In this document: positions 28,003 through 37,282 of the stretch, in pieces
Position numbering within the stretch: position 1 is the first letter of the stretch
How the letters are laid out: each line of letters starts with the position of its first letter
NCBI GenBank assembly: GCA_964348695.1
Contig: CAYGDI010000001.1
Location: 159,473 to 223,472 of the forward strand
Direction of reading: 5' to 3'
Source of the DNA: an uncultured Candidatus Saccharibacteria bacterium
GTDB lineage: Bacteria; Patescibacteriota; Saccharimonadia; Saccharimonadales; Saccharimonadaceae
DNA length: 64,000 nucleotides
Notes under the pieces: generated by a model
Seen by the model: the letters and a program-made list of their open reading frames with translations, nothing else
Told to the model about the DNA's origin: nothing
The model's database searches: none
Position numbers and translations under genes: made by a program

Positions 28003-28030
28003 ACTATAGGGATATTTTTAAAAATGTCAA
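28003..28030 (-). promoter_or_regulatory. sigma70-like promoter for the hisG leader
   Basis: Minus strand reads TTGACA-16 nt-TATAGT and overlaps the stop codon of the upstream phosphatase gene. Confidence 0.55.
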
Positions 28031-28536
28031 GAGTTAGGATGGTTGTTGGTGCCAAGGTGTGAGCTAATGGCTTGCCCAAAATTGCCATTGGTCGGCATTT
28101 GGATACAAGCGATACCGAGATTGTCTGCTAGTTTGTGGTCTGTGATACGATCGCCACATACAAAAGATTGCTCCATATCCATATCAGCTGTCTTTAGCCA
28201 TTCATCGAGCATACCTGTCTTTGGTTTGCGACACGTACAATTGTCTTCTGGCTTGTGCGGGCAGACGAAGATTTTTTCAAACTCTATACCAGCGTCTCGA
28301 AAAATATCTAACATGGCGTTTTGTGGCTCTTCGAATGTTTCTGTTGGGAAAGATTCAGTACCTAGTCCGTCTTGGTTCGAAACCATGATCAGATGGAAGT
28401 CGTTGTCTAGTAAAAGATGTAAACCTTCGATCACTCCATCGAGTAGCTGTAACTTTTCGAGTGAATCGATCTGATATGTGTCTTGTGGTTCAAAGATGAG
28501 CGTGCCATCTCTGTCTAGTAGTGCGTATTTTTTCAT
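28027..28536 (-). CDS. hisB: histidinol-phosphatase (HAD-IIIA, HisB N-terminal-domain type)
   Basis: LLDRDGTLIFEP...MVSNQDGLGT...CPHKPEDNCTCRKPK closely parallels the remembered N-domain of E. coli HisB. No IGP dehydratase domain is present. Confidence 0.85.
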   Translation of the reverse strand: MKKYALLDRDGTLIFEPQDTYQIDSLEKLQLLDGVIEGLHLLLDNDFHLIMVSNQDGLGTESFPTETFEEPQNAMLDIFRDAGIEFEKIFVCPHKPEDNCTCRKPKTGMLDEWLKTADMDMEQSFVCGDRITDHKLADNLGIACIQMPTNGNFGQAISSHLGTNNHPNS

Positions 28537-29804
28537 GTTCTTACCTCCATTGCGTTTTTATGAGCATCCAAACCTTCTGCTGCAGCCATTTCCATCACAG
28601 TAGGTGCAAGCAGCTGAGCGCCTTTTTGTGTAATTGATTGAAAACTAATGTATTTGCAAAAGCTTTCTACCGAAAGCCCGCTGTATGTACGAGCCCAGCC
28701 GTTTGTAGGTAGAGTGTGATTTGTCCCCGAAGCGTAGTCGCCTGCACTCTCCGGTGTGTAGTTACCTAAAAACACGGAGCCTGCGTTGTTGATGTGTTTG
28801 GCTATTAATTCTGCACTATCAATACTGAGTATTAGGTGTTCTGGTGCATATGTATTAACAAAACTAATGATTTCTTCGTCGTTTGCGAGAATAACGATTT
28901 TAGATGATGTAAGTGCTTGAGACGCGATGTTTTGACGTGGCAGAGTTTGGAGCTGTTTCGTAATTTCATGCTCGACAGCATTGGCGATTTTTTTGTCTGT
29001 ACACACTAGTACTACTTGACTATCTTCGCCGTGCTCTGCTTGGCTGAGCAAGTCTGCGGCTACGAACTTTATATTAGCTGTATGGTCGGCGACAACCATT
29101 ACTTCCGACGGCCCGGCCGGCATATCTATAGCGACGCCGTGTTTTTGTGCCTGCATCTTTGCTTCGGTTACGTATTGGTTGCCAGGCCCAAATATTTTAT
29201 CTACTTTTGGTACGCTTTCCGTCCCTACCGCCATAGCTATGATGGCTTGGGCACCACCAACGCAAAAGATTTGTTCTATACCTACTTTTTGTGCCGCGTA
29301 ACAAATAGCTGGGTGCAGCGATCCATCAGGTAGTGGTGGTGTGCAGAGCACTATACTCCTGCAGCCTGCAAGCTGCGCAGGGACACCCAGCATTAATACA
29401 GTAGAAAATAGCGGTGCACTACCCCCGGGAATATAAAAACCAACGCTGTCAATTGCTCGGCTTTCACGCCAGCATACAACTCCTTTAGTTGTTTCGATTT
29501 TCTCAATATCATTTTTTATTTGGCTTTTGTGGAATGTTGCGATGTTTTGATACGCAGTATCTATGGCCTGGCGTACTTTTGTTGGTGTTTTTTGCGCCCA
29601 TCTTGTGATGTCTGTTGGCGTGGCGGCTATGTGCTCGAGCTCGACTTTGTCAAATTTTTTTGTCAGTTCTCGCAACACCACATCGCCTTGAGCTTCTATA
29701 GAATCGTAAGCCGATGCAATAGGACCTGCAATATCACTACTGTTCACTGGTCGTGTACATATGTTTTTCCATTGTGATTTTTTTGGTTGCAGGTATGTTT
29801 TCAC
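28533..29804 (-). CDS. hisD: histidinol dehydrogenase
   Basis: 423 aa with SQAEHGEDSQ, GDYASGTNHTLPT and other HisD signatures. Confidence 0.93.
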   Translation of the reverse strand: MKTYLQPKKSQWKNICTRPVNSSDIAGPIASAYDSIEAQGDVVLRELTKKFDKVELEHIAATPTDITRWAQKTPTKVRQAIDTAYQNIATFHKSQIKNDIEKIETTKGVVCWRESRAIDSVGFYIPGGSAPLFSTVLMLGVPAQLAGCRSIVLCTPPLPDGSLHPAICYAAQKVGIEQIFCVGGAQAIIAMAVGTESVPKVDKIFGPGNQYVTEAKMQAQKHGVAIDMPAGPSEVMVVADHTANIKFVAADLLSQAEHGEDSQVVLVCTDKKIANAVEHEITKQLQTLPRQNIASQALTSSKIVILANDEEIISFVNTYAPEHLILSIDSAELIAKHINNAGSVFLGNYTPESAGDYASGTNHTLPTNGWARTYSGLSVESFCKYISFQSITQKGAQLLAPTVMEMAAAEGLDAHKNAMEVRT

Positions 29805-29883
29805 AGGCGAGCTCCGATTATTTGTCTATTCAGTATATTGTAGCAGGTATGAAAAAATGAGCCCATTGGGACTCATCATTTCA

Positions 29884-29958
29884 TGGCTGGGATGGAGGGA
29901 TTCGAACCCCCGAATGCCAGGACCAAAACCTGGTGCCTTACCACTTGGCCACATCCCA
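29884..29958 (-). tRNA. tRNA-Gln (anticodon UUG), CCA encoded
   Basis: Hand-folded cloverleaf: acceptor tgggatg/catccca, D stem gcc/ggc, anticodon stem ccagg/cctgg with loop uuUUGgu, T arm ggggg-ttcgaat-ccctc, discriminator G, then CCA. Total 75 nt. Confidence 0.9.
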
Positions 29959-30021
29959 TCGATATCTCAGAAATTATACCACAGGCTGTTATAATAGATA
30001 ACAGATAAACGGGAGGTACAT

Positions 30022-30612
30022 ATGTTCGAACTACCAAAGTTGCGCTATGCATACAGCGATCTAAGTCCTGCAATTAGTGCTCAGATAATGGAGCTGCATC
30101 ATGGCAAGCATCATCAAACATACGTTGACAAACTCAACGCAGCATTGGAGAAGGCGCCTGATTGGCAGCAAAAACCTATCGAGAATATTTTGCAAAACCT
30201 CGATGAGCTTCCAGAGGAGATTCGCATAGCTGTACGCAATAATGGTGGCGGTCATTATAATCACTCGCTTTTCTGGGAGATTATGAAACCAGGTGGCAGT
30301 CAGCCAACGGAATCGTTGTTGGCAAAAATCAACGAGACATTTGGCAGTATGGACGGGTTTAAAGACCAATTCACGCAAGCAGCATTGGGGCTTTTCGGTA
30401 GTGGCTGGGTGTGGCTACTGCCAGACATGACCATCACTACGACGTCAAATCAAGATTCGCCAATTTCAGAAGGTACCAACCCTATTTTAGGTTTGGATAT
30501 ATGGGAGCACGCCTACTATCTAGACTACCAAAATCGTCGTCCGGAATATGTCGCGGCTTGGTGGGACGTTGTTGACTGGTCTATGGTTGAACAGAGATTA
30601 GCTGCCTCTTAA
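30022..30612 (+). CDS. sodA: Fe/Mn superoxide dismutase
   Basis: LPKLRYAYSDLSP...HHGKHH...GGGHYNHSLFW...DIWEHAYYLDYQNRR. Confidence 0.95.
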   Translation: MFELPKLRYAYSDLSPAISAQIMELHHGKHHQTYVDKLNAALEKAPDWQQKPIENILQNLDELPEEIRIAVRNNGGGHYNHSLFWEIMKPGGSQPTESLLAKINETFGSMDGFKDQFTQAALGLFGSGWVWLLPDMTITTTSNQDSPISEGTNPILGLDIWEHAYYLDYQNRRPEYVAAWWDVVDWSMVEQRLAAS

Positions 30613-31263
30613 ACCTATGATACATTCGCGATAAGATGATGTTTCTCGCGAGTATTTTGCGCTGGTAAATGTTAGATTGCCCGCAGAAAAGGTCATGACA
30701 TCAGACGATCCGCAGTCATAAGCTGGGTCAATATAGTATACCAAGAAACCCTTTGCCGAAGCTGTGCTGGTATACAGTGCGCCAGTAGTGTTACGTATAT
30801 ACAAGAGGCCAGTTTTGGTTGTGGAGGTTTCTTTGCAGGGTCCATTGCTCATCATTCCAGAAGCAGTACAGTCAATAAAATTTGCAAAGTTTGGCATACG
30901 CGGCGGCGGATCTTCGACGTAGCGTTCTACCCAGCCTGCAGGTGAACTGTTAGCAGGCCAACCTAGATCAGTATCATTACCGCACCTGACTGTCGTCGGC
31001 TCTGCGCTAGTTGTTGAGCAACATTTTGAATCTTTTGGTACGCAAAAACTGCTCGACGGGTAGGAGTCGGCTTCAAAAGCGATTCCTTTGAGAGAGCCTT
31101 GGTAGGCATGTATGGTGGTAGTGATTTGAGACTGGTTTGCATTTTGGACATAGGCTAGATAACCTACTGTAACCATTGTCACCAAAATACCAATCACTGT
31201 TATGGTGATCAGTATTTCAACTCCGGTAAAACCGAGTGAACGTAAAAGCATATGCTTTTTCAT
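30598..31263 (-). CDS. type IV pilin-like protein (prepilin N-terminal methylation motif)
   Basis: The N-terminus LRSLGFTGVEILITITVIGILV is the class III signal (G/FTxxE plus a hydrophobic helix). Confidence 0.8.
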   Translation of the reverse strand: MKKHMLLRSLGFTGVEILITITVIGILVTMVTVGYLAYVQNANQSQITTTIHAYQGSLKGIAFEADSYPSSSFCVPKDSKCCSTTSAEPTTVRCGNDTDLGWPANSSPAGWVERYVEDPPPRMPNFANFIDCTASGMMSNGPCKETSTTKTGLLYIRNTTGALYTSTASAKGFLVYYIDPAYDCGSSDVMTFSAGNLTFTSAKYSRETSSYRECIIGLRGS

Positions 31264-31309
31264 AAATTCTATTATACACTGATCGACGTGTTATAATCGA
31301 GATTAAGTT

Positions 31310-32410
31310 ATGAGTAGTTATACTTCCCGAGATGTTCCAACAGCAACATTCATACGATTTTGGCTCGTGATGGTTGGGTTTTTGGTGAGCTTGCTTGCTC
31401 TATATCTGTCGTACAAAGCCTTTATCCTGATTTTTATTGCAGCCTTTTTGGCTATCGCCCTCAATACGCCAGTTACAGGTATCGCCAAGCGTTTGCCAGG
31501 CAAGAGTCGAGTTGGAGCGACAGCACTTGCTTATCTAATCGTGATGAGTGCTCTAGGTGTATTCTTCTTTACGGTTGTACCTGTGATCATTGATCAGCTT
31601 GCTCATTTTTTCAAAACACTACCTAGTATTATCGAAAGCATCTCTAGGCAATCGGCATGGATTGACGATGTAGTAACAAGATATGGACTAGAGCAGCAAT
31701 ACAGCGATACACTGCAAAATCTGCGGGAACAAGCTGGCTCAACAGCCTCAACTCTAGGTGGTTCGTTTATTAGTAGTATAGGCTCTGTTGTTGAAGTGTT
31801 TACATCTTCCCTACTGGTGTTTGTGATGACTTTTTTGATGCTTGTCGAAGGTCCGACCTGGATACGTCGGCTTTGGGGGCTATACAAAAACCCTGCTCGC
31901 CAAGAACGACACAAAAAGATATTCTTTGGTATGTACAAAGTGATCAATGGCTATGTCAATGGTCAGGTATTGATATCGGGTATTTCTGCCACATGCGCGT
32001 TGGTAGTGATAGTAATACTGTCTACTCTGTTTGATATGCCGGCAAACTTGGCAGTGCCGATAGCATGTATATTATTTGTCGCTGGTCTTGTGCCTATGTT
32101 CGGCGCGACTATCGGTGCGATTATTGCGGCGCTGTTGATCGGTATCAACGACACAGGTGCGGCATTGATATTCATCGTATATTATTTTATCTATCAGCAG
32201 ATAGAAAACAATTTTATATCACCTACTATCCAGTCAAAATCTGTGGAGGTTTCGGCTCTAACTGTGATCATAGCGCTTACTATTGGACTAACCGTATTTG
32301 GGCTGCTAGGGGGTTTGATCTCAATCCCAATCGCTGGCTGTATCCGCGTGCTAGTCATGGACTATCTAGAGCACAACAAAGCTAAGACCCCTGCTCTTAA
32401 AAAAGCTTAG
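31310..32410 (+). CDS. AI-2E family (PerM/UPF0118) transporter
   Basis: 366 aa with about 8 TM segments. The C-terminal region GATIGAIIAAL...QQIENNFISP is typical of the family. Confidence 0.75.
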   Translation: MSSYTSRDVPTATFIRFWLVMVGFLVSLLALYLSYKAFILIFIAAFLAIALNTPVTGIAKRLPGKSRVGATALAYLIVMSALGVFFFTVVPVIIDQLAHFFKTLPSIIESISRQSAWIDDVVTRYGLEQQYSDTLQNLREQAGSTASTLGGSFISSIGSVVEVFTSSLLVFVMTFLMLVEGPTWIRRLWGLYKNPARQERHKKIFFGMYKVINGYVNGQVLISGISATCALVVIVILSTLFDMPANLAVPIACILFVAGLVPMFGATIGAIIAALLIGINDTGAALIFIVYYFIYQQIENNFISPTIQSKSVEVSALTVIIALTIGLTVFGLLGGLISIPIAGCIRVLVMDYLEHNKAKTPALKKA

Positions 32411-33861
32411 ATACGATACCAATATGTACTTGCAGGCTTGTCTTCCAAGCCTATTTTTTGTTGAGTCAGTTTTGCTCTGATAGCATCTGCTTGAGCAAAG
32501 TTTCCATTTGCCTTGGCGTCGACTCGTTGCTGGATGAGTGTTTTTTGCTCGTTGGTAATGTCATCGTCAAAAAGATCTAGCCCAAGTAGCTGGCTAGCAT
32601 GCTGCAATATTTTTGTAAAAGAACCTACGATAAAAGAGGTCATACCTTCGGTCTCGACAAGATGCATCATTTCGTCGATGGTTGCAATAGCTTTTGGGGT
32701 GTCAAGATCGTTTTGTAGAGCCTGTACAAAATTTTCTGCTAGCTGTTTGGCGGCGATAGTTTGCGGATGAGATTGTTCGATCTTCTCGAAATCTTCGTGG
32801 TTGTCAGGTAAATCTTTTAGAAACTGAGGAGGTTGCAATACCTGCCATCTCAGGCTAGTTGTTTGTTGCCAACGCTTCAACCTATTGGCAGATGCCTCTA
32901 GGATCTCCCAGGTAAAGTTTCCTTCTGTACGGTAATGTTTTGAGAGGATCATTAGTTTAAAAGCTCTCAGGTCGAAACCTTTGTCTAGAATATCTTGCAG
33001 TGTGTAGATGTTGCCTAGTGATTTGCTCATCTTTGTGCCGTTTACTTTTATGTGGTTTGCATGTACCCATATATTTGCAAACTTTTGGCCTGTTAGCGCT
33101 TCTGTCTGAGCAATCTCATTGGTGTGGTGTACAGGTATGTGGTCGATGCCACCGGTGTGTATATCTATCTGATCTCCTAGTATTTCACGGGCGATACAAG
33201 AACACTCCAAATGCCACCCTGGGAAACCTATCCCCCATGGACTCTCCCACTGCATATCGCGTTTTTGGTCTTTTGGTGAAAATTTCCATAGAGCAAAGTC
33301 TGTAGGATTTTTTTTGCCAGTGTCTTTTACCCGCGCACCAAAACGCAGCCCTTCAAGATCTAGCTTTGCGAGCTTTCCGTAATCATCGAGTTTGCTAGTG
33401 TCAAAATAAACACCGTCGTCAATTGTATAGGTAAAGCCTTTTGCTTCTAGCTTTTGTACAAAGTCAATCTGCTGGTCAATATAGTCTGTTGCTCTAGGTA
33501 GGAATTGGGGTTTGGTCAAACCTAAGAGATCGTATGCTTCGTGGTTGGCAATATCGATGTATTTGTCGGCTACTTGCCACGCGGTCATGCCCTCGCTGAG
33601 TGCACTTTGTAACATCTTGTCTTCCCCAGCGTCTTCATCAGTTGTCAGATGTCCGACATCAGTGATATTTTGTACTCTTTTGACCTTGTAATTATTTGAC
33701 TCCAGTATTCGCTGTAGGATATCCCAATAAATATATGCGACCCAATTGCCTATATGTGGCTGGCTGTAGACGGTCAGTCCGCAGGTGTATAAACTGATCT
33801 CCCCTTCTTGAAGTGGTTGGATCTCCTCGGTCTGTCTGGTTAGAGTGTTATACAGTTTCAT
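32407..33861 (-). CDS. cysS: cysteinyl-tRNA synthetase
   Basis: MKLYNTLTRQTEEIQP, HIGN (HIGH) and KMSKS motifs. The start could also be 33867. Confidence 0.95.
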   Translation of the reverse strand: MKLYNTLTRQTEEIQPLQEGEISLYTCGLTVYSQPHIGNWVAYIYWDILQRILESNNYKVKRVQNITDVGHLTTDEDAGEDKMLQSALSEGMTAWQVADKYIDIANHEAYDLLGLTKPQFLPRATDYIDQQIDFVQKLEAKGFTYTIDDGVYFDTSKLDDYGKLAKLDLEGLRFGARVKDTGKKNPTDFALWKFSPKDQKRDMQWESPWGIGFPGWHLECSCIAREILGDQIDIHTGGIDHIPVHHTNEIAQTEALTGQKFANIWVHANHIKVNGTKMSKSLGNIYTLQDILDKGFDLRAFKLMILSKHYRTEGNFTWEILEASANRLKRWQQTTSLRWQVLQPPQFLKDLPDNHEDFEKIEQSHPQTIAAKQLAENFVQALQNDLDTPKAIATIDEMMHLVETEGMTSFIVGSFTKILQHASQLLGLDLFDDDITNEQKTLIQQRVDAKANGNFAQADAIRAKLTQQKIGLEDKPASTYWYRI

Positions 33862-34837
33862 ACTCATCCAAAGCCTTGTCGGTTGCTGTTATTAGTTCGT
33901 TGACTATTTTGTCATAGTCTTCGAACACGCGAAAGCCAGCTGCGTAAGGGTGGCCACCGCCACCAAAATATCCAGCGACGGTCTCGGCAATTTTCGCTTC
34001 TGGATTAGCTCGTAATTTACCAGTAATTTTGCCGTCGGGATAGGTTTTTATAACGACTGCTAGCTTTACACCCTCAACGAGGCGCATTTCATCTATGACG
34101 AGAGCCCCTGGATTGTAAGCATCTGAATATTCTTCGATTTCCTCCCATGGGACATGTACGAGTGCTAGTCGGCCGTCCAGATGGTATTGAACCCTTTGTA
34201 GTAGCACGCCCTTGTAGGCCAAGATGCTAGGTGATTTTTTCATAAACTCACGGCGGGCAATCTCTATATTCGAGATCGAGGCCCCAAGACCGACGAGGTC
34301 TGTGACGATCTGCAAGCTATCCACTGTCACTGCTTCGCTGGTAAGACCCAGACTATCACTCAGTATTGCGAGTAGCATATGTTCGGCTGCCTGCTGGTTG
34401 ATCTTCCATTTGTTGTCTTTTGCGATGCGGTAGATTACCTCAGTCGTTGCGACTGCCTGCTGGCTGATGAGTGTGTGTTCAAACGGCAGGTCACTTTCTG
34501 TTTTGTGATGATCGATAACGACCACTGGCTTTTTCTCGAGTTGAGCCTGATTCTCGGGGACCAAAGCTTTGTCTAGCAGTGTCTTGCTAGAAGTGTCTAC
34601 TATAATGTACAGATCGTCGCTATAGGAAAATTCGTTGGTAATTCTATCCCAGCCTTTAGCATAACGGAGGTATTTTGGTATATCAACAGGACAATAAAGA
34701 TGAATTTTTTTTCCAAGATCTCCTAGAATTTCCTCCAACGCTAGTGCTGAACCTAAAGAATCGCCATCGGGATTTTCGGCCTGGATAATAGTGATGCTGT
34801 TTGCCTGATCTACAAATTGTTTAAACTGGTCGTGCAT
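33848..34837 (-). CDS. nrnA: DHH-family phosphoesterase (NrnA-like oligoribonuclease/pAp phosphatase)
   Basis: DGDSLGSALAL, VVIDHH and GGGHPYAAG (DHHA1). Confidence 0.85.
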   Translation of the reverse strand: MHDQFKQFVDQANSITIIQAENPDGDSLGSALALEEILGDLGKKIHLYCPVDIPKYLRYAKGWDRITNEFSYSDDLYIIVDTSSKTLLDKALVPENQAQLEKKPVVVIDHHKTESDLPFEHTLISQQAVATTEVIYRIAKDNKWKINQQAAEHMLLAILSDSLGLTSEAVTVDSLQIVTDLVGLGASISNIEIARREFMKKSPSILAYKGVLLQRVQYHLDGRLALVHVPWEEIEEYSDAYNPGALVIDEMRLVEGVKLAVVIKTYPDGKITGKLRANPEAKIAETVAGYFGGGGHPYAAGFRVFEDYDKIVNELITATDKALDEYETV

Positions 34838-34867
34838 TATAGCTCATTATAACAGAGATTAGATCGA

Positions 34868-35482
34868 CTAATCACCTTGAACGTAGTCGACAACTGTATC
34901 TTTTTGATTTTCAGTGATTAATCTTTCCGTATGCAGAGTTTCAACTAGCGCAGAGATACTCAATCCAGCCTGAATATCATAACCTGCGTGTTGGATCATC
35001 TCTAGCCCTCCTTGTTGACGGTCTACGAGCACGACAAATTTTTCAACCACCAAGCCCGCCTGTTCAACTTGCTCTATGGCTTCAAGTTTCGAGTCTCCTT
35101 GGGATATGAGATCATCTAAAAGTACGACCCTGTCTCCTGCTTCGAACTCGCCCTCTACGGAATTTTTCGTGCCATGTTCTTTGATGATTTTGCGTGGTTG
35201 CAACAGTGGACGATGGGTCGAATAGCCTATTGCGCCAGCAAAAGGAGTAGCCGCCTCTGGTATGCCTGCAACAGGTATTGTGCGGTCAATATCTTCGAGC
35301 ATTTGTGCGTAGGAGTCAACAATCGCTCGAAAAGCTATCGGATGTGATTGTGCCTTTCGAAGATCCAGATAAAACGGTGACATAGCACCACTTTTTAATT
35401 CAAAATCACCAAATTTTAGCAACTGTGCATCGTAGATTGCTCGTGCGACTCTTGTTTTGTTGATTGTTGAAATTTCTGTCAC
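34868..35482 (-). CDS. pyrE: orotate phosphoribosyltransferase
   Basis: FELKSGAMSPFYLDLR and the PRPP loop VVLLDDLISQGDS. Confidence 0.9.
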   Translation of the reverse strand: MTEISTINKTRVARAIYDAQLLKFGDFELKSGAMSPFYLDLRKAQSHPIAFRAIVDSYAQMLEDIDRTIPVAGIPEAATPFAGAIGYSTHRPLLQPRKIIKEHGTKNSVEGEFEAGDRVVLLDDLISQGDSKLEAIEQVEQAGLVVEKFVVLVDRQQGGLEMIQHAGYDIQAGLSISALVETLHTERLITENQKDTVVDYVQGD

Positions 35483-35490
35483 TTTTACTC

Positions 35491-36339
35491 CTAGATTAGT
35501 TTTTCAATAGCGCTATGCCCATCTCGTACGATCAGGGTTGCGGCTTGCACGCCATCTGCGCCTGCTTTTTGGTACAGTTTTCTGTCGATCTTGGTTTCGA
35601 TACCACCAACGCCTATTATTTTTATGTGATCTGGCAATAGTTTTCGAAATTGTTGTACTTGACCGAGTGCTATAGGCTGCAGCGCTCGTCCGCCAAAACC
35701 TGCAAGTTTGGTTGTGTGTGAGCTACGAATTGCACCCATGGAGCTGTTGGGGAAAGTGTTTGATGTAACGATAGCACTTACAGGAAGCTTCGCCACAGTT
35801 CGAGCAACTCTCGCAAGCTCTTCGGGGTTTGAATAAGGCGAAAGTTTCAGGAGTAATGGGGCGGTTGTCACCTGGTGAACTGCTTTGACTATCTGCTCAA
35901 TCATTTTTGGGTCGAAACTAAAAATTGGTTTTTGTGAACCTTTGATACTAATATTTGGACAACCAAGATTGAGCTCTAGTAGGTCAACTCCGGTTGTGTT
36001 TGCTAGTTCGGCTAGTTGCGTATATTCATCTGCGCTGAACCCAGCAACTGAAAGCACAAATTTCTTGTTGTGAGTATGGACGATGTTCGCAAGTTCTGGC
36101 AAATGTTCTTTGTAGTACTGATAACCGTTATTGGGCATACCAAAAGAATTGATAGAGTAGCTGTCATTTGTCAGCCATCGTAGCCCAGCGTTTGCTTTTC
36201 TGGGCAACAAGGTGACAGAGCCGACCAGAACAGCACCGATAGATGTGCGAGATAAAGCTTCGACATCACTCTTATTTTTTGCGATACTGCAGGCAGCGTT
36301 CATAACGGCTGGTTCAACCGCGACGCCGCCTATTTTCAC
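35491..36339 (-). CDS. pyrD: dihydroorotate dehydrogenase (class 1-like)
   Basis: ELNLGCPN, VKLSPY and IGVGGI motifs. Confidence 0.88.
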   Translation of the reverse strand: MKIGGVAVEPAVMNAACSIAKNKSDVEALSRTSIGAVLVGSVTLLPRKANAGLRWLTNDSYSINSFGMPNNGYQYYKEHLPELANIVHTHNKKFVLSVAGFSADEYTQLAELANTTGVDLLELNLGCPNISIKGSQKPIFSFDPKMIEQIVKAVHQVTTAPLLLKLSPYSNPEELARVARTVAKLPVSAIVTSNTFPNSSMGAIRSSHTTKLAGFGGRALQPIALGQVQQFRKLLPDHIKIIGVGGIETKIDRKLYQKAGADGVQAATLIVRDGHSAIEKLI

Positions 36340-36950
36340 AAGATCTTCCTACCTTCAAGTGCATGCGAGAGTGTCATTTGGTCTGCATATTCTAGGTCGA
36401 CGCCTGCAGGTATGCCTCGTGCAAGACGACTCAGGCGTACAGTGAGTTTTGCTTCTTCGATTTGTTTTTTGACATAAAGGGCTGTCGACTCCCCTTCAAC
36501 CGATGCGTTTGTAGCCAAAATAACTTCTTCGACATTGTCTTCACGCAATCGCTCTAAAAGCTCTGTGATATGTAGCTGCTCTGGCGTGATGCCGTCTAGC
36601 GGTGAGAGTGCGCCACCTAATACGTGGTATGTCCCCTGGTAGTTGCCTGTGCGCTCGAGCGCTGCTATATCAAAAGGTTCTTCGACAATTGCGACCAACT
36701 TTTTGTTGCGCAATGTGTCGCTATAGAGTCGTGAAATTTCTTCGTCGGCATCTATGAGTGCGAATGTCTTTGGACATAGTTTGATACGAGACCGAACTTC
36801 TTCTATTGCTTTGCTCAGATTGTGCCGTGTTTTGTCGTCAGTCTTGAACAAAAAATAGGCGTAGCGCTCGGCAGTGCGAGCGCCAACCCCTGGCAAACTA
36901 CCAAGTTCTTCTATCAATATATCTAAAGCCGGAGGCAGTATAGAGCCCAC
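36336..36950 (-). CDS. recR: recombination protein RecR (no Cys4 zinc finger)
   Basis: HhH LPGVGARTAERYAYFL plus Toprim VAIVEEP...ILATNASVEGESTALY. GTG start chosen by N-terminal length; alternative is 36980. Confidence 0.85.
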   Translation of the reverse strand: MGSILPPALDILIEELGSLPGVGARTAERYAYFLFKTDDKTRHNLSKAIEEVRSRIKLCPKTFALIDADEEISRLYSDTLRNKKLVAIVEEPFDIAALERTGNYQGTYHVLGGALSPLDGITPEQLHITELLERLREDNVEEVILATNASVEGESTALYVKKQIEEAKLTVRLSRLARGIPAGVDLEYADQMTLSHALEGRKIL

Positions 36951-36954
36951 AGTG

Positions 36955-37242
36955 TTATAGTCCCAAGTTGCCCAATCCACCCATGAGTGGTTTCATTTTT
37001 TCTGCGGCTAGCTCCTGAGCTGCTTGCATTGCTTCGCGGACTGCGTCTTTGATCCAGCCCTCTAGTTCTTTCATGTCGTCAATATCAATCAACTCTGGAT
37101 CGATTTTGACATCAACAATCTTGAGCTCGCCGTTGACTTGTACAGTCACGGCTCCATCACCTGCCTCTACTTCGACTAGTTCTTTTTTGAGTTCGCTTTG
37201 GGCTTTTTTAAGCTTTGCGACCATTTTCATTTGATCCATCAT
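36955..37242 (-). CDS. ybaB: YbaB/EbfC nucleoid-associated protein
   Basis: 95 aa with the family pattern MKMVAKLKKAQSELKK...VTVQVNGELKIVDVKIDPEL. Confidence 0.88.
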   Translation of the reverse strand: MMDQMKMVAKLKKAQSELKKELVEVEAGDGAVTVQVNGELKIVDVKIDPELIDIDDMKELEGWIKDAVREAMQAAQELAAEKMKPLMGGLGNLGL

Positions 37243-37282
37243 AATAGTAATCCTCCTCTGTAAGTATTGAGTTAATTATACC

